Sequence record: MT135025.1
Length of the DNA: 64,000 nt
Strand: one strand, 5' to 3'
Positions 46,216 to 55,966 of the stretch are shown one piece after another. The first letter of the stretch is position 1; each line of letters begins with the position of its first letter. The notes below the pieces were generated by a model, which made no database searches, had not been told where the DNA came from, and saw only the letters and a program-made list of their open reading frames with translations. The position numbers and the translations under genes were made by a program.

Positions 46216-46629
46216 CTACATACCTATTGCTAGTTTGAATAGAGCAGACGCTTTACCACCATCGAAAACTTTACCTGTAGCCTTTAGAGCGCCCATTAGT
46301 TTGCCCATATCACGCATAGAATCTGCACCAGTTTCTAGCACGAAGTTGGAAACAAACGTGTCTAGCTCTGAATCAGATATTTTTGCTGGTAGCAAAGACT
46401 CAAGAACAGCGTTTTCAGCGTTCAGAATGTCAACATGGTCGCCCTGTGCGTGTTCAAGTGCGAGTTTGTTGTTGTCGATTGCGCTTGAGATCACTTTGAT
46501 GCAAGATTCATCATCGTGTTTTTGACGACGGTCAAGTTCACCCATAATGACACCCAAGACAGACGCAACTGCGTTGTTGCGGTCTTTACGAGCTTGTAGG
46601 CGTGTTGCTTTGATTGTTTCGATGATCAT
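46216..46629 (-). CDS. GatB/YqeY domain protein
   Basis: 'ARKDRN...SVLG.IMGEL', 'ENAVLESLLPAKISDSEL', 'GADSMRDMGKLMGALK....FDGG.AS' is the YqeY pattern. Confidence 0.88.
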   Translation of the reverse strand: MIIETIKATRLQARKDRNNAVASVLGVIMGELDRRQKHDDESCIKVISSAIDNNKLALEHAQGDHVDILNAENAVLESLLPAKISDSELDTFVSNFVLETGADSMRDMGKLMGALKATGKVFDGGKASALFKLAIGM

Positions 46630-47039
46630 ACTATACCACTCTCAATTTTTCTATTATCAATAATGTGTTTAATTGTGAAGCCCATTTGGCTAATGCCTTT
46701 CAAAGCTTCTTCGATGAAAGATAACACATCTTTCATGTGTTGAAAACGTGCAATCGCTAATTGAAGAGCTTCATCACCAGCGAGTGCGTATTTCATTTCA
46801 CTTTTTTCAACGATAAAATCACAAACTTCATCGTCATGCTTGCCGCTATAAAAGAGCCAGCGGTCTTTTCTCACTGCTTCCATTTTCATTTCAGCTTTAA
46901 TAAGAAGCTGTCTTGCATCGGCTCTATATGCAAGCCACTTTGCATGAAGTACTGGGATTCGAATAGCTGCTGTTTCTAGTGCAGTCGTATCGATCTTAAC
47001 GTCTTCATGGTATTCTGCTTTTAAATCTTGTAACTTCAT
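46626..47039 (-). CDS. uvsY: Recombination mediator UvsY
   Basis: 'MKLQDLKAEYHEDVKIDTTALE......P.LHAKWL', 'YSG', 'EKSEMK..LAGD', 'ALKGISQMGFTIKHIID.RKIESG'. Confidence 0.95.
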   Translation of the reverse strand: MKLQDLKAEYHEDVKIDTTALETAAIRIPVLHAKWLAYRADARQLLIKAEMKMEAVRKDRWLFYSGKHDDEVCDFIVEKSEMKYALAGDEALQLAIARFQHMKDVLSFIEEALKGISQMGFTIKHIIDNRKIESGIV

Positions 47040-47059
47040 ATAATACCCTCGCTTCATCA

Positions 47060-47088
47060 AGTATACATATCAAACGGGTTTTTGTAAA
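47060..47088 (-). promoter_or_regulatory. sigma70-type uvsY promoter abutting repeat copy 2
   Basis: (GTG)TTTACA-17 nt-TATACT on the minus strand. Confidence 0.8.
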
Positions 47089-47090
47089 CA

Positions 47091-47163
47091 CGAATCTCAC
47101 TAATACTTCTAATATCACTAAAAGCACTAATTCTACTAAGATGATGCGGAATTTTTCCGCCTC
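47091..47163 (-). repeat. Dispersed non-coding element, copy 2: hairpin plus 9-nt-spaced TTAG units
   Basis: Minus strand GAGGCGGAAAAATTCCGCATCATC TTAGTAGAA TTAGTGCTT TTAGTGATA TTAGAAGTA TTAGTGAGA TTCG. Aligns without gaps to copy 1. Confidence 0.9.
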
Positions 47164-47182
47164 TTACCTTTGCTTCGCGTAT

Positions 47183-47204
47183 AAAAAAAGCCCCGAAGGG
47201 CTTT
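47183..47204 (-). terminator. Intrinsic terminator after gene 35
   Basis: Minus strand AAAGCCC-TTCG-GGGCTTTTTTT. Confidence 0.9.
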
Positions 47205-47205
47205 C

Positions 47206-49890
47206 TTATTGCATTGCGTAATCAATCGCAGTGATTGTGTCTTCATAGAAACAAGCAACTTTGACTTCAGACACGATAGGCAAAGCCCACATTGTCTGAC
47301 TTTCAGTTACAGATCCCTCATCACGATAGCGCAAGAACATCTTGGCGTGGTCTGATTTCCATCTGTAGAAGCTAACTGCGTTCGTTGTGTATGAACCAAC
47401 GCCTTTTGCTGTTAAGCTACTTGGATCATCTTCAGGGTTGTAAACGCCGAAGTAGTTTTCATATTTGTCTTGGAACGCTTGATGTTGAGCATCTGTCCAC
47501 GTATGCGGTAGAATGAATGCTTGCATCAGAATCCATTTTCCGTTAGCGGCTGGGAAGTTATCAACACGATCAATCGTTGCAAATGTTGAAGCATCTGTCC
47601 CATCAGCTAATTTCAATGTGCTAAACGCATCAGCGCCATCTTTGACTCGACAACTAAAATGTAAATAACCCGCGTCTTTATCAATTGAGTTTACCCACAA
47701 TGACAAGAAGTATGGTCTTGTCGGGTCAATATTGATTTCAGACATTTCAATCATTGATTGTGTGCCTGTAGAGCGCGTGAAACACTTCTCACCATTCGAA
47801 AGAACATAATTCCCCCAATGAACGTTATCTGTTTCTCTGACTGGCATATTGACATTCTCGTATAGATTCGAGTTCGAGTTGTATGCATTAAACCAGCTTG
47901 TGTCATTCACTACGTTGCCTGATATTGGTGAATTTACAATATCTTGAGCAGCTAGACCATTTATATTCGAAATCAAATGAGGAGTTCCGCTAGGAACTGC
48001 AAACCCGCCTTTGTAAACGAGTGCATAATCGAAGTACTCTTGGTCAAGATCTGACCAAACGCCAAATGTAACTGCACCTGCTGGGACTTGAACAAAAAAC
48101 TCTTGAGTTTCGAATAATTCCGATGACCCGAAGAAAATATTCTGCCTTGCAACTTCAGTGTTCACTGCATTGTACATTCTCAAGTTACACGACTTCGTAC
48201 CGCCACCGATAGCAGTAGTTCTATCAATACACGCTCTTACTTTGTAGATCAGGTATTGACCTTCAACAACACCGAAGTCAGATAGATTGTATCGAGTATC
48301 AACGGGTACCGTATCACGTGCTAGAAGCGCGTTTCCGAATCCTGCTGAACCGATTCCGTCTTTGTCTTCGAATGCAGTATCAACAATGCTGTCGCCGTCT
48401 GACGGGTGGTCGAATATACATCGATCATATACAATACCTAAATCAGCACGACCGAATGCTGCATAACTGTAGCTGTATTGGCTGAAGTACGAACTTCCTC
48501 TATACTCGACGGGATTGTATTGATTGATTGCAGCATCAACCGCCACATCGCCGTACATCGAACCGTTCGATACGATGATGAATATTTCATTCGTCAGGTT
48601 ATTCAACGCATTGACGAAGTTTCCGCGTTCAGTTGAACTACTCAAAAGATACTTGCTGCTTGTTTTCACTGTCAAATCATCATTCATAATCAGAAGACGA
48701 ATTTGATATGCTTGTTTAGTTTCGGGCGTGAATAGACTAATATCATTCAAATAACATGATGCTAGATTCGAACTACCGTTTGCAACACCAGTAGCAACTA
48801 GACGATAATTGTTATTCGAGAACTCGCGAATGTGTCTAGCCGCAAGTTCATATTCACCTACTCGTGATCCTACAGGCGCATAGATCCACAATTCAGTTAC
48901 ATTGACTGTTTGTCCGGGACCTGGCGTAGAGCCGCCCGACGCAGCTTGCGCACCGATTGCATAATACCAGTTTGAGTGATTCACTGACCCATCAGCAAGT
49001 GAGTTTGAGCCTGTGTTGTACTCAATACCACCCCAATACTGAACGTCAGATTGGATTGAAATCGCTTCGTAGCCACGAACCCCACCAGTACGAGCATCAT
49101 AATCCCCTGTGTAGTTTTTAATCAACGGAGCATCGGAAATCATGAAGTTAGTCAACCAACGTTTTCCAGTTGGTAGTTTAGCAACATCTGACGTATACCC
49201 ACAATACCAGTACATATTACTTGTTGACAGAGTACTAGGCGTCGTGAAACGAGCATAATGACGCTTCCATAGAATTCCATCAACTATGCGTTCATTGCCG
49301 GCTGACTCAAACACATCACCCGGGATGTGACCTAGTGTATATGGGTTTGATGCACCGTCATACCAGCGAGAATGAAACAGAGCTGCGGTATCATGATCAG
49401 TATCGACTTCATATCCAACCCAACATGACATTGTGTATGTTCGATTCGGAAGAAGTCGAGTTTGTGGAACTGAAAATACAATTTGATCGAAGATCGCCGC
49501 AGTTGGCTGTTCGACGACGTATTTTGATGACCCTGGGTTTTCTTTTTCAACAACGACCCATGATCCTGTTTTTGTCGTTTGTTCAGTAACAAATTGACCA
49601 CCAGCCAGGTTACCGTTTGTCAGATACTGACCTACTCCTTTCGCTGCGAAGTTGTTACTTTGTTTCCAAATATTCGTAATGCCGACTTCAGGGTAATGCA
49701 GCTTGAATTGGAATTTACCGTCCTCACGACGAAATTCTTCAAGTGAGTTTAACGCACTGAATTTGGCTTCAATGTCGGGATCCGTCCCGACACTTCTAGC
49801 CTCAGCATCGGAGGTGAAAAATACACCTCCTGTAGAATCATGGCGAAAGATTAGTAACCAATCGCCTTCACGTTTAAGTCTTTCGTACAT
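47206..49890 (-). CDS. 35: Long-tail-fibre hinge protein gp35-like, enlarged with lectin-like domains
   Basis: Directly follows gene 34. The central part 'FVNALNNLTNEIFIIVSNGS...YSYAAFG' resembles gp35; 894 aa versus about 370 aa in T4. Confidence 0.7.
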   Translation of the reverse strand: MYERLKREGDWLLIFRHDSTGGVFFTSDAEARSVGTDPDIEAKFSALNSLEEFRREDGKFQFKLHYPEVGITNIWKQSNNFAAKGVGQYLTNGNLAGGQFVTEQTTKTGSWVVVEKENPGSSKYVVEQPTAAIFDQIVFSVPQTRLLPNRTYTMSCWVGYEVDTDHDTAALFHSRWYDGASNPYTLGHIPGDVFESAGNERIVDGILWKRHYARFTTPSTLSTSNMYWYCGYTSDVAKLPTGKRWLTNFMISDAPLIKNYTGDYDARTGGVRGYEAISIQSDVQYWGGIEYNTGSNSLADGSVNHSNWYYAIGAQAASGGSTPGPGQTVNVTELWIYAPVGSRVGEYELAARHIREFSNNNYRLVATGVANGSSNLASCYLNDISLFTPETKQAYQIRLLIMNDDLTVKTSSKYLLSSSTERGNFVNALNNLTNEIFIIVSNGSMYGDVAVDAAINQYNPVEYRGSSYFSQYSYSYAAFGRADLGIVYDRCIFDHPSDGDSIVDTAFEDKDGIGSAGFGNALLARDTVPVDTRYNLSDFGVVEGQYLIYKVRACIDRTTAIGGGTKSCNLRMYNAVNTEVARQNIFFGSSELFETQEFFVQVPAGAVTFGVWSDLDQEYFDYALVYKGGFAVPSGTPHLISNINGLAAQDIVNSPISGNVVNDTSWFNAYNSNSNLYENVNMPVRETDNVHWGNYVLSNGEKCFTRSTGTQSMIEMSEINIDPTRPYFLSLWVNSIDKDAGYLHFSCRVKDGADAFSTLKLADGTDASTFATIDRVDNFPAANGKWILMQAFILPHTWTDAQHQAFQDKYENYFGVYNPEDDPSSLTAKGVGSYTTNAVSFYRWKSDHAKMFLRYRDEGSVTESQTMWALPIVSEVKVACFYEDTITAIDYAMQ

Positions 49891-49898
49891 AAGTCACC

Positions 49899-52800
49899 TT
49901 AAATTGCGTGACCGAATGTGAACTCCAGCACGCCTTGATTGTTTGTTGACATTCTTACAGAGCCAACTTGAATGTAGTCTCTGTATTTAACGTTGTCACC
50001 AGTACCGCCATCTGGCGTGAACAAGTCAATTCGCTCAGATAGAGTCTTACCTGCACCAGCCGATAGAGCTTGGTGTGGGTCTGAAGCATTCACTGGGTCT
50101 GCTGTACGTACATCACTTGTTACTTGAACAATACCTGGGTTCGTACGACTTGACTTGATTAGTCGGTCGTTCGAGATCGTACCGCTTGTGATGTTCTCAC
50201 CTGAGTGATTGTGACTATTGTCGTTAACTTGCACGTTTGTAGAAACGTTTCCGCTTCCGTCAATTGTGAAGTTACCAGTCAAGTCGCCAGTGAACGTCAC
50301 TGTACGCGCTGTAACCCACTTCTCAGCCGCTTTTGCTACGTTATTGATACCCAAGTACTTCTGACGAAGTGTACCTGCTGCTGGGCTTGAATAAGTCCCG
50401 TATGTTGCATCAACGTTTGCGCTTGATTCGTTTTCAGTAACTGTGCTACCGAAAGTCGCACCACTTGCTTGTGTAGTATAACCAGACGAATTAACTTGCC
50501 AGCGAACAAAATCAGCCGCGCCTTGAATCGAGAACGTAGCAGTTGATGAAGCACCGCTTCCCCCGACGCGAATGCGGGGAGCAGAATCAAACCAATCTAG
50601 CTTAACAATATCACCAGTCGGTGCATTCTGTACTTGAAGCCAGCCACCTGCATTAATTTCGACGTTTTTAGCATTGAACGTATAAGTTCCGTTGATCGTT
50701 TGATTAATATCACGACGAGCAAACTGAGTACTGTCTAAACCATCTAGCAATTCTGAGTCATCAGCCTTTGCATTCAATGGCAAGTAGTTGCGCAATGCAT
50801 AATGCAAGCTGTACGGCGTAACTGCATACGGGGTACGCAAGTAAGCTGTATATGCTTGAGTTGAACCGTCAGTGCTGTTACCAACGAATGTTTCTGCTGG
50901 CGTAGCTAGACGAACAACACCGAAGCGTGTTTCATCAGAACGTGAATTCGTAGAAGTACGAGTCCAACGAAGCAAGTCTTTTGGCGATACGTAAACTGGT
51001 GTGTTATCAACGCCACCGATTGTTGCAGTGTCAATTTCAGCATTTGTTGCACGACGAACAATACCGTATTGTGTTTCGGTTGCACGACGACGATCAAGCG
51101 TCAATGGTGTGACGATTTTATCGGCTGCCGCTGCGGTACCGTCCCAAGACGTACCGTTCCATGTTTGCTGAACTTTAGCTTCTGTTTCAGTCGCTGTTTC
51201 TAGTGTACCACGTTGCGTTGTTGTTGCAAGTGCAATTTCTAGATTGATGCCGTTCCAAATGTCACCTGTATGTGAGATACCCGATACGCCGTAACCCGCG
51301 CCTTGAGCAACGCCATCACTAGTAAAGTGATCATATGCAAGCCATGTTGCAACTTTCAGAGGCGTAGCGATACGTGTATCATCAGTCCCTGCGTCAACTT
51401 CTACTTGAGTTGCAATCTCAGCTACACCTCGACGAGATTCAGTCGCTGTACGACTGTTTAATGTCTCCGGTGTAACGAAAACAGTTGTCCACGCTTCCCC
51501 TGTCCCGCTGATTGCGTTTGTTTCAGCTTGAGTTGCTGAACGTGCAATACCGCGAATTGTTGAGCTTGCTTTCCACGCTGCTAATTTCTTAGGCGTGATG
51601 ATTGCATCATCAACTGTTGAGTCGTTTACACGAAGCTCAGTGGTCTTAGCAACCCATAGAGTACCCGGTTGGTTCTCAGTAGCTCGATATTCATCAAGCA
51701 TTTTCGGAGTTACAATGCGAAGATGATCAGTTTTGTCATATACAGTATCAACAACACCGTTAACTGTTCTGTCAGAACGCATATTTGCAGTAGAAGCTAC
51801 TGTGCCATTAGCGTTAATGTTGTTTGACGCCTTGACAAGTTCTGCAACGCCTGTTAAATTCTCTTCCGCTTGCGCAGCATGAAACTTTTTAGGCGTGATC
51901 ACTTGCACATCATTAGTTGTGCTACGTGTTTCAGTCTGTGTTGCAATTTCAACAACACCGCGACGTGTTTCAGTTGCTGTACGAGCGTTCAAGCTTCTCG
52001 GCGTGATCATGATGTCATGACGGAATGCACTATCTGGGTAACGAACTAACGCGCCAGAACGTGATTCTTCAAGTGCTTCATCGACACCTAGAGTCGCGAT
52101 ACGAGCCATACCGACTTGATCTTCGGCTGCACGACGTGCATCTAAAGTTTCAACGGTAATTACGTGATCTTTCAACGGACTCTGATCAGCCCATGGTTTT
52201 GCAACATCTTCTGGATGTGCATATTCAATGCCGTGAGCTAGAGCCTCAGTTGGGTCAGCTAGTGGCACGATACCCGGACGTTTTCGGTGAAGTTCATCTG
52301 CAATGTCGATACGAGTTGCAATGTTACCGAATGACCATACTTTACGAGTTCCGTCATAGTACAGTACGAATGAGTAACCGCTGTCATAGTCGCTAATATC
52401 GAACGATTCTACGAAGAATGGAACGAAATCGACGTAATGACGATATTTTTGATAACGGTAAGTCTCGAAGTCCAAGAATACTTTGTATTCATCTGGGCCG
52501 TGACCTGGGTCATCATCACCAAAATTCGGGTGAACTTGAACTGTTACAGGTTTGTGCGCAGTCTTGTTGTGTGAAATCTCGATCCAGTCACCATCAACTG
52601 GTTTTTCTGGTAGCGTGATTGTCATTGCACTAACTGCATCAGCGATTTCAATCGCGTAACGAGTACGTGGTTTTAGCGTAACTGCACTTGATTCACCCAC
52701 ATAGTTCCACAAATGCGGGTTGTTCGCAATAGTGATAACCCAAACGCCAGTGCCGTTGTCATCAATAAACGTGATGTCAGCTCCACCTATTGTGTCTAAG

Positions 52801-53669
52801 CTGATTACTGCACTGCGATCACCTGAAACAGGGTCTTGAACAACCTGACCTACTGCTGTTGGTCGAACGCCGATTTGAATTGTCGTTTGACTTTCAAGAT
52901 ATGCAACATCTTTAAGATGAATTGTATCGCCCACGTTCGGGTGTAGCGGTAGAGAGATCGCGATTGTTTTTACTGAACCTTCGTATGTGACAGTTTCACC
53001 TACGTTCGTAAAGTAACCACCAGTAGTTAGATAGCCACCTTGTTGACTTGGATGGCTGTCATCTAGGTACGTGTGGTATAGTTGCTGTTCAATTTGATAC
53101 GTCCATGCAATCCCGTTGTACACAAGATAAATTGTACTGTTCGGGCGATTGAATGATAGACTTGCATCAGATTGAATTCCGCCATTAATGCCATACGACT
53201 GAATAGTTAGACCGCCTGCTGCTGCAATCGTACATGGGTAAGTCGATAGAATACCGCGCCCATCTTTGATTGTAACAGTATCGCCGGTTAATGGCGTTTC
53301 TGGTAGTGTAATTGTAATTGCTGAACTAGCTGTCAACAATAAGAAGTCACCTACGTTTGCACCAACTGAAGAATCTGTATCTTCCCACTCTGGGTCGGTA
53401 CGCATCTTCTTCCACTTCTGTGGGTCAAATGGTTCGGGCGCGGTGATTTCAATGATGTTTTTGTAGAGACGTTGGTTAAATTCAACGATGAAATCTACTT
53501 TGTAGTGCGCTCGTGATGGATCATACTCTTGAACAGTGTTTTCATCAATGAAGTAGCCTTGGTTAATACCGTCGAGCAATTCATCTACTCGTGGGTTTGC
53601 TACGTTAATTACATTTTGACCACTTGCATCAAGACCTGACGCACGAAATGCTCTGCGGAATTCCGACAT
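49899..53669 (-). CDS. 34: Long tail fibre proximal subunit gp34
   Basis: ATG 53669 after GGAG gives 1256 aa. 'FRASGLDASGQNVINVA', many 'ATETRRGVVEIATQ.E' repeats, 'DSELLDGLDSTQFARRDINQT'. Confidence 0.95.
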   Translation of the reverse strand: MSEFRRAFRASGLDASGQNVINVANPRVDELLDGINQGYFIDENTVQEYDPSRAHYKVDFIVEFNQRLYKNIIEITAPEPFDPQKWKKMRTDPEWEDTDSSVGANVGDFLLLTASSAITITLPETPLTGDTVTIKDGRGILSTYPCTIAAAGGLTIQSYGINGGIQSDASLSFNRPNSTIYLVYNGIAWTYQIEQQLYHTYLDDSHPSQQGGYLTTGGYFTNVGETVTYEGSVKTIAISLPLHPNVGDTIHLKDVAYLESQTTIQIGVRPTAVGQVVQDPVSGDRSAVISLDTIGGADITFIDDNGTGVWVITIANNPHLWNYVGESSAVTLKPRTRYAIEIADAVSAMTITLPEKPVDGDWIEISHNKTAHKPVTVQVHPNFGDDDPGHGPDEYKVFLDFETYRYQKYRHYVDFVPFFVESFDISDYDSGYSFVLYYDGTRKVWSFGNIATRIDIADELHRKRPGIVPLADPTEALAHGIEYAHPEDVAKPWADQSPLKDHVITVETLDARRAAEDQVGMARIATLGVDEALEESRSGALVRYPDSAFRHDIMITPRSLNARTATETRRGVVEIATQTETRSTTNDVQVITPKKFHAAQAEENLTGVAELVKASNNINANGTVASTANMRSDRTVNGVVDTVYDKTDHLRIVTPKMLDEYRATENQPGTLWVAKTTELRVNDSTVDDAIITPKKLAAWKASSTIRGIARSATQAETNAISGTGEAWTTVFVTPETLNSRTATESRRGVAEIATQVEVDAGTDDTRIATPLKVATWLAYDHFTSDGVAQGAGYGVSGISHTGDIWNGINLEIALATTTQRGTLETATETEAKVQQTWNGTSWDGTAAAADKIVTPLTLDRRRATETQYGIVRRATNAEIDTATIGGVDNTPVYVSPKDLLRWTRTSTNSRSDETRFGVVRLATPAETFVGNSTDGSTQAYTAYLRTPYAVTPYSLHYALRNYLPLNAKADDSELLDGLDSTQFARRDINQTINGTYTFNAKNVEINAGGWLQVQNAPTGDIVKLDWFDSAPRIRVGGSGASSTATFSIQGAADFVRWQVNSSGYTTQASGATFGSTVTENESSANVDATYGTYSSPAAGTLRQKYLGINNVAKAAEKWVTARTVTFTGDLTGNFTIDGSGNVSTNVQVNDNSHNHSGENITSGTISNDRLIKSSRTNPGIVQVTSDVRTADPVNASDPHQALSAGAGKTLSERIDLFTPDGGTGDNVKYRDYIQVGSVRMSTNNQGVLEFTFGHAI

Positions 53670-53709
53670 TTCATTGCTCCTTTGTTTAGATATGCAATTC
53701 GCTATGTTA

Positions 53710-53717
53710 TATTTAGA
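53710..53717 (-). promoter_or_regulatory. Late promoter variant for genes 34-35
   Basis: TCTAAATA on the minus strand, about 40 nt upstream of ATG 53669. Confidence 0.75.
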
Positions 53718-53748
53718 CACACGATATACACATATAGGAAACGGTAAC

Positions 53749-54681
53749 ATGAGTTTAGAGGGTTTCTTCAAACGAAAGACAAAATCGTTTGACGGCTTGC
53801 CAGCGGGGGTTAATCTCGTTGACTTCAGTCAGATTGTTTTGAGTACAATCATGGCGACATACAAGCCAACTGACTTGCTTACAGTCGATTTGATTCGGCA
53901 TATCGTTTTGAACACGCTACGAAGTAACGTGCTTAAAAACAAGATTAAATATCCACGCATCATCTTGTGTATTGATAACGGCAAAGGCGGTTATTGGCGA
54001 AAGAAAGAAGCATGGTATTACAAATTCAAGCGTAGTGAACAGCGTGACGAATCTGGTTGGGATTTTGAGACTATTTTCGATGCAATGGCACAAATCAAAG
54101 ACGAGATAAAGCAGAATATGCCGTATTACGTCATGGACATTGAAGGCGTTGAAGCCGATGACCATATTGGTGTGCTGACTAATTACTACGTGAGCAAAAA
54201 CGTACCAGTTTTGATTACTTCTTCGGATGGCGACTTTACTCAGTTGCACACAAGCAAACTTGTAAGTCAATGGTCACCTATTCAGAAGAAGTGGGTCAAG
54301 CCAAAACATGGTTCACCAGAAATGGACATCATGTACAAGTGCATCAAAGGCGATAAGAAAGACGGAATAGCTCCGTTGAAAGCGCCGAGCGATCACTACA
54401 CGCATGGCGATGGTCGACGAGCGCCTTCTGTTCGCAAAGAAGAGCTTCGCACGCTCATGACATCAACGCCAGAAGAGCTTAAAAAGCTTTTAACCGACGA
54501 GCAGTACGCTCGTTATGAAGAAAATAGAAAATTGTTAGATTTTGCGTTTATCCCTGAGCATATCAGTGATAGTATTATCGAACAGTTTGAAACGCAAAAG
54601 CCGGCTCCTCGCAGTAAAATCATGATGTATTTCGCTTCTAAGAAGTTAGATAAGCTGATTGAGAGCATGAGCGAATTTTAA
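53749..54681 (+). CDS. rnh: T4-type RNase H / 5'-3' exonuclease
   Basis: 'LVDFSQIVLST', 'DNGKGGYWRK..AWYYKFKR', 'EADDHIGVL', 'SSDGDFTQL', 'KGDKKDGI'. Confidence 0.95.
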   Translation: MSLEGFFKRKTKSFDGLPAGVNLVDFSQIVLSTIMATYKPTDLLTVDLIRHIVLNTLRSNVLKNKIKYPRIILCIDNGKGGYWRKKEAWYYKFKRSEQRDESGWDFETIFDAMAQIKDEIKQNMPYYVMDIEGVEADDHIGVLTNYYVSKNVPVLITSSDGDFTQLHTSKLVSQWSPIQKKWVKPKHGSPEMDIMYKCIKGDKKDGIAPLKAPSDHYTHGDGRRAPSVRKEELRTLMTSTPEELKKLLTDEQYARYEENRKLLDFAFIPEHISDSIIEQFETQKPAPRSKIMMYFASKKLDKLIESMSEF

Positions 54682-54763
54682 AAAAAGTGTTTAGAACGAA
54701 ACGTGCTGCTGTATAATGAGCAGCACGAAACAACGACATTGAACAAAACATATTGAGGTAACG

Positions 54764-55036
54764 ATGGACATTCTTGAATACGAAACAATTTCAACTCCGC
54801 AAGACAAGCAAGAAGTAGTTAACATGGTTAAGGAAGCTTCTGCATCTTTGTTGCGTATTGATTCTGAGCGCGATCTTATCAAAGACATTGCAAACCGCGC
54901 AAAAGAAGAATTTGAGATCAAGCCTGCTGATTTCAATAAAGTTGTGAAAATGTATCACAAGCAAAACCGCCAAGAAGAACAGGCGAAGTACGAGAAGATC
55001 GACAATCTATACGAGAAGCTATTTGATGAAGAGTGA
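54764..55036 (+). CDS. dsbA: dsDNA-binding protein DsbA (T4)
   Basis: 'MVKEAS...IKDIANRAKEEFEIKPADFNKVVKMYHKQNR'. Synteny rnh-dsbA-33; consensus TATAAT at 54712. Confidence 0.9.
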   Translation: MDILEYETISTPQDKQEVVNMVKEASASLLRIDSERDLIKDIANRAKEEFEIKPADFNKVVKMYHKQNRQEEQAKYEKIDNLYEKLFDEE

Positions 55037-55319
55037 AGACTACGTTCTTAAAGAAGAGCTTGGTGATTTAGTGCCACCTATTAAAGGTAGCCTTAGACAG
55101 CAAATCTCTCTAGAAATTGAAGAGATTTACAATAGCTGTCCCGCCATGACCTATCTTGAAGCGTGTTTATTCTTTATTGAGCAATACGATTACGACATTA
55201 GTCGCTTCCCGTATCTGATTAATCAGACGTTGCGAGACAAAATTGAGACTGAGGCGATAAATGAAAAGACTATTAGAAGTCGATTTGGTTCTGCCTCGGA
55301 CTTGGGTCAATGGGTATAG
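55026..55319 (+). CDS. 33: Late transcription coactivator gp33
   Basis: 'ISLEIEE......MTYLEACLFFIEQY......LRDKIETEAINEKTIR'; synteny. Confidence 0.85.
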   Translation: MKSEDYVLKEELGDLVPPIKGSLRQQISLEIEEIYNSCPAMTYLEACLFFIEQYDYDISRFPYLINQTLRDKIETEAINEKTIRSRFGSASDLGQWV

Positions 55320-55911
55320 CGTATTTCGCGTCTATTGCGCTGTCAAAGCGCATATGGGTGGCAAGTACGACATCTCCAAGTACAAACTCGGGATGAAAAC
55401 ACCTAGATCTGCGTTCGAGAAGCGTTCAGATAAGGTGTTTTTTGAACGGCTAGCCAAACGGCTAACATTGAACGATTGCTATCAGTTGCTTGTTAGCAAC
55501 TTAGCAGCTAACCCGAACGCTATCTCATACGAGATAGCGGGTGCTGACGCCCATGAATTCTGGTTGAAACATACGGGATTTTTGGAAATTTACAGTCAAC
55601 ACTACAAAAACGAGTTACTTTCGATTTTTACTCTTATAAATAAAGAGAATAAAAAATTCAAAGATTTGTTTAGAGGCGAAGGGCATCCAGTTATAATGCA
55701 ACTCGTATTACGAAACACTATCTCGATTGAGACGTTCGTAATTCTGAATAGACTTTTGAACTTCGTCCCTGTAATCGACAAGACATACAGTGATGACATT
55801 TTCTGGCACGAGTTCAAGACGCGAGCTTTAGCATACGATAAGTTGCTGAAAATCGACGAAGAACTTGCGAAAGAATTGTTTATTCAAGTAAAAAATCAAA
55901 GTAAAATATAA
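55261..55911 (+). CDS. 59: Helicase loader gp59
   Basis: 'NGYSVFRVYCAVKAHMGGKYDISKY' and 'FEKRSDKVFFERLAKR'. Confidence 0.93.
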   Translation: MKRLLEVDLVLPRTWVNGYSVFRVYCAVKAHMGGKYDISKYKLGMKTPRSAFEKRSDKVFFERLAKRLTLNDCYQLLVSNLAANPNAISYEIAGADAHEFWLKHTGFLEIYSQHYKNELLSIFTLINKENKKFKDLFRGEGHPVIMQLVLRNTISIETFVILNRLLNFVPVIDKTYSDDIFWHEFKTRALAYDKLLKIDEELAKELFIQVKNQSKI

Positions 55912-55966
55912 AACACAATACGATACAATATCATACTATACTATACAATACAAGGTAATATACAAT
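55912..55966 (+). promoter_or_regulatory. Unstructured pentamer-repeat leader of gene 32 (probable autogenous translational operator)
   Basis: ACAAT ACGAT ACAAT ATCAT ACTAT ACTAT ACAAT ACAAG GTAAT before the ATG. Confidence 0.7.

Noticed and set aside
50900-52170. Repeated 'ATETRRGVVEIATQ.E' motifs in gp34 and similar motifs in gp12
   Set aside because: These are standard T4-type fibre shaft repeats.
53400-53540. CBM-like segment near the gp34 N-terminus (EYDPSRAHYKVDFIV...FDPQKW)
   Set aside because: An equivalent segment exists in T4 gp34, so it is not an insertion specific to this phage.
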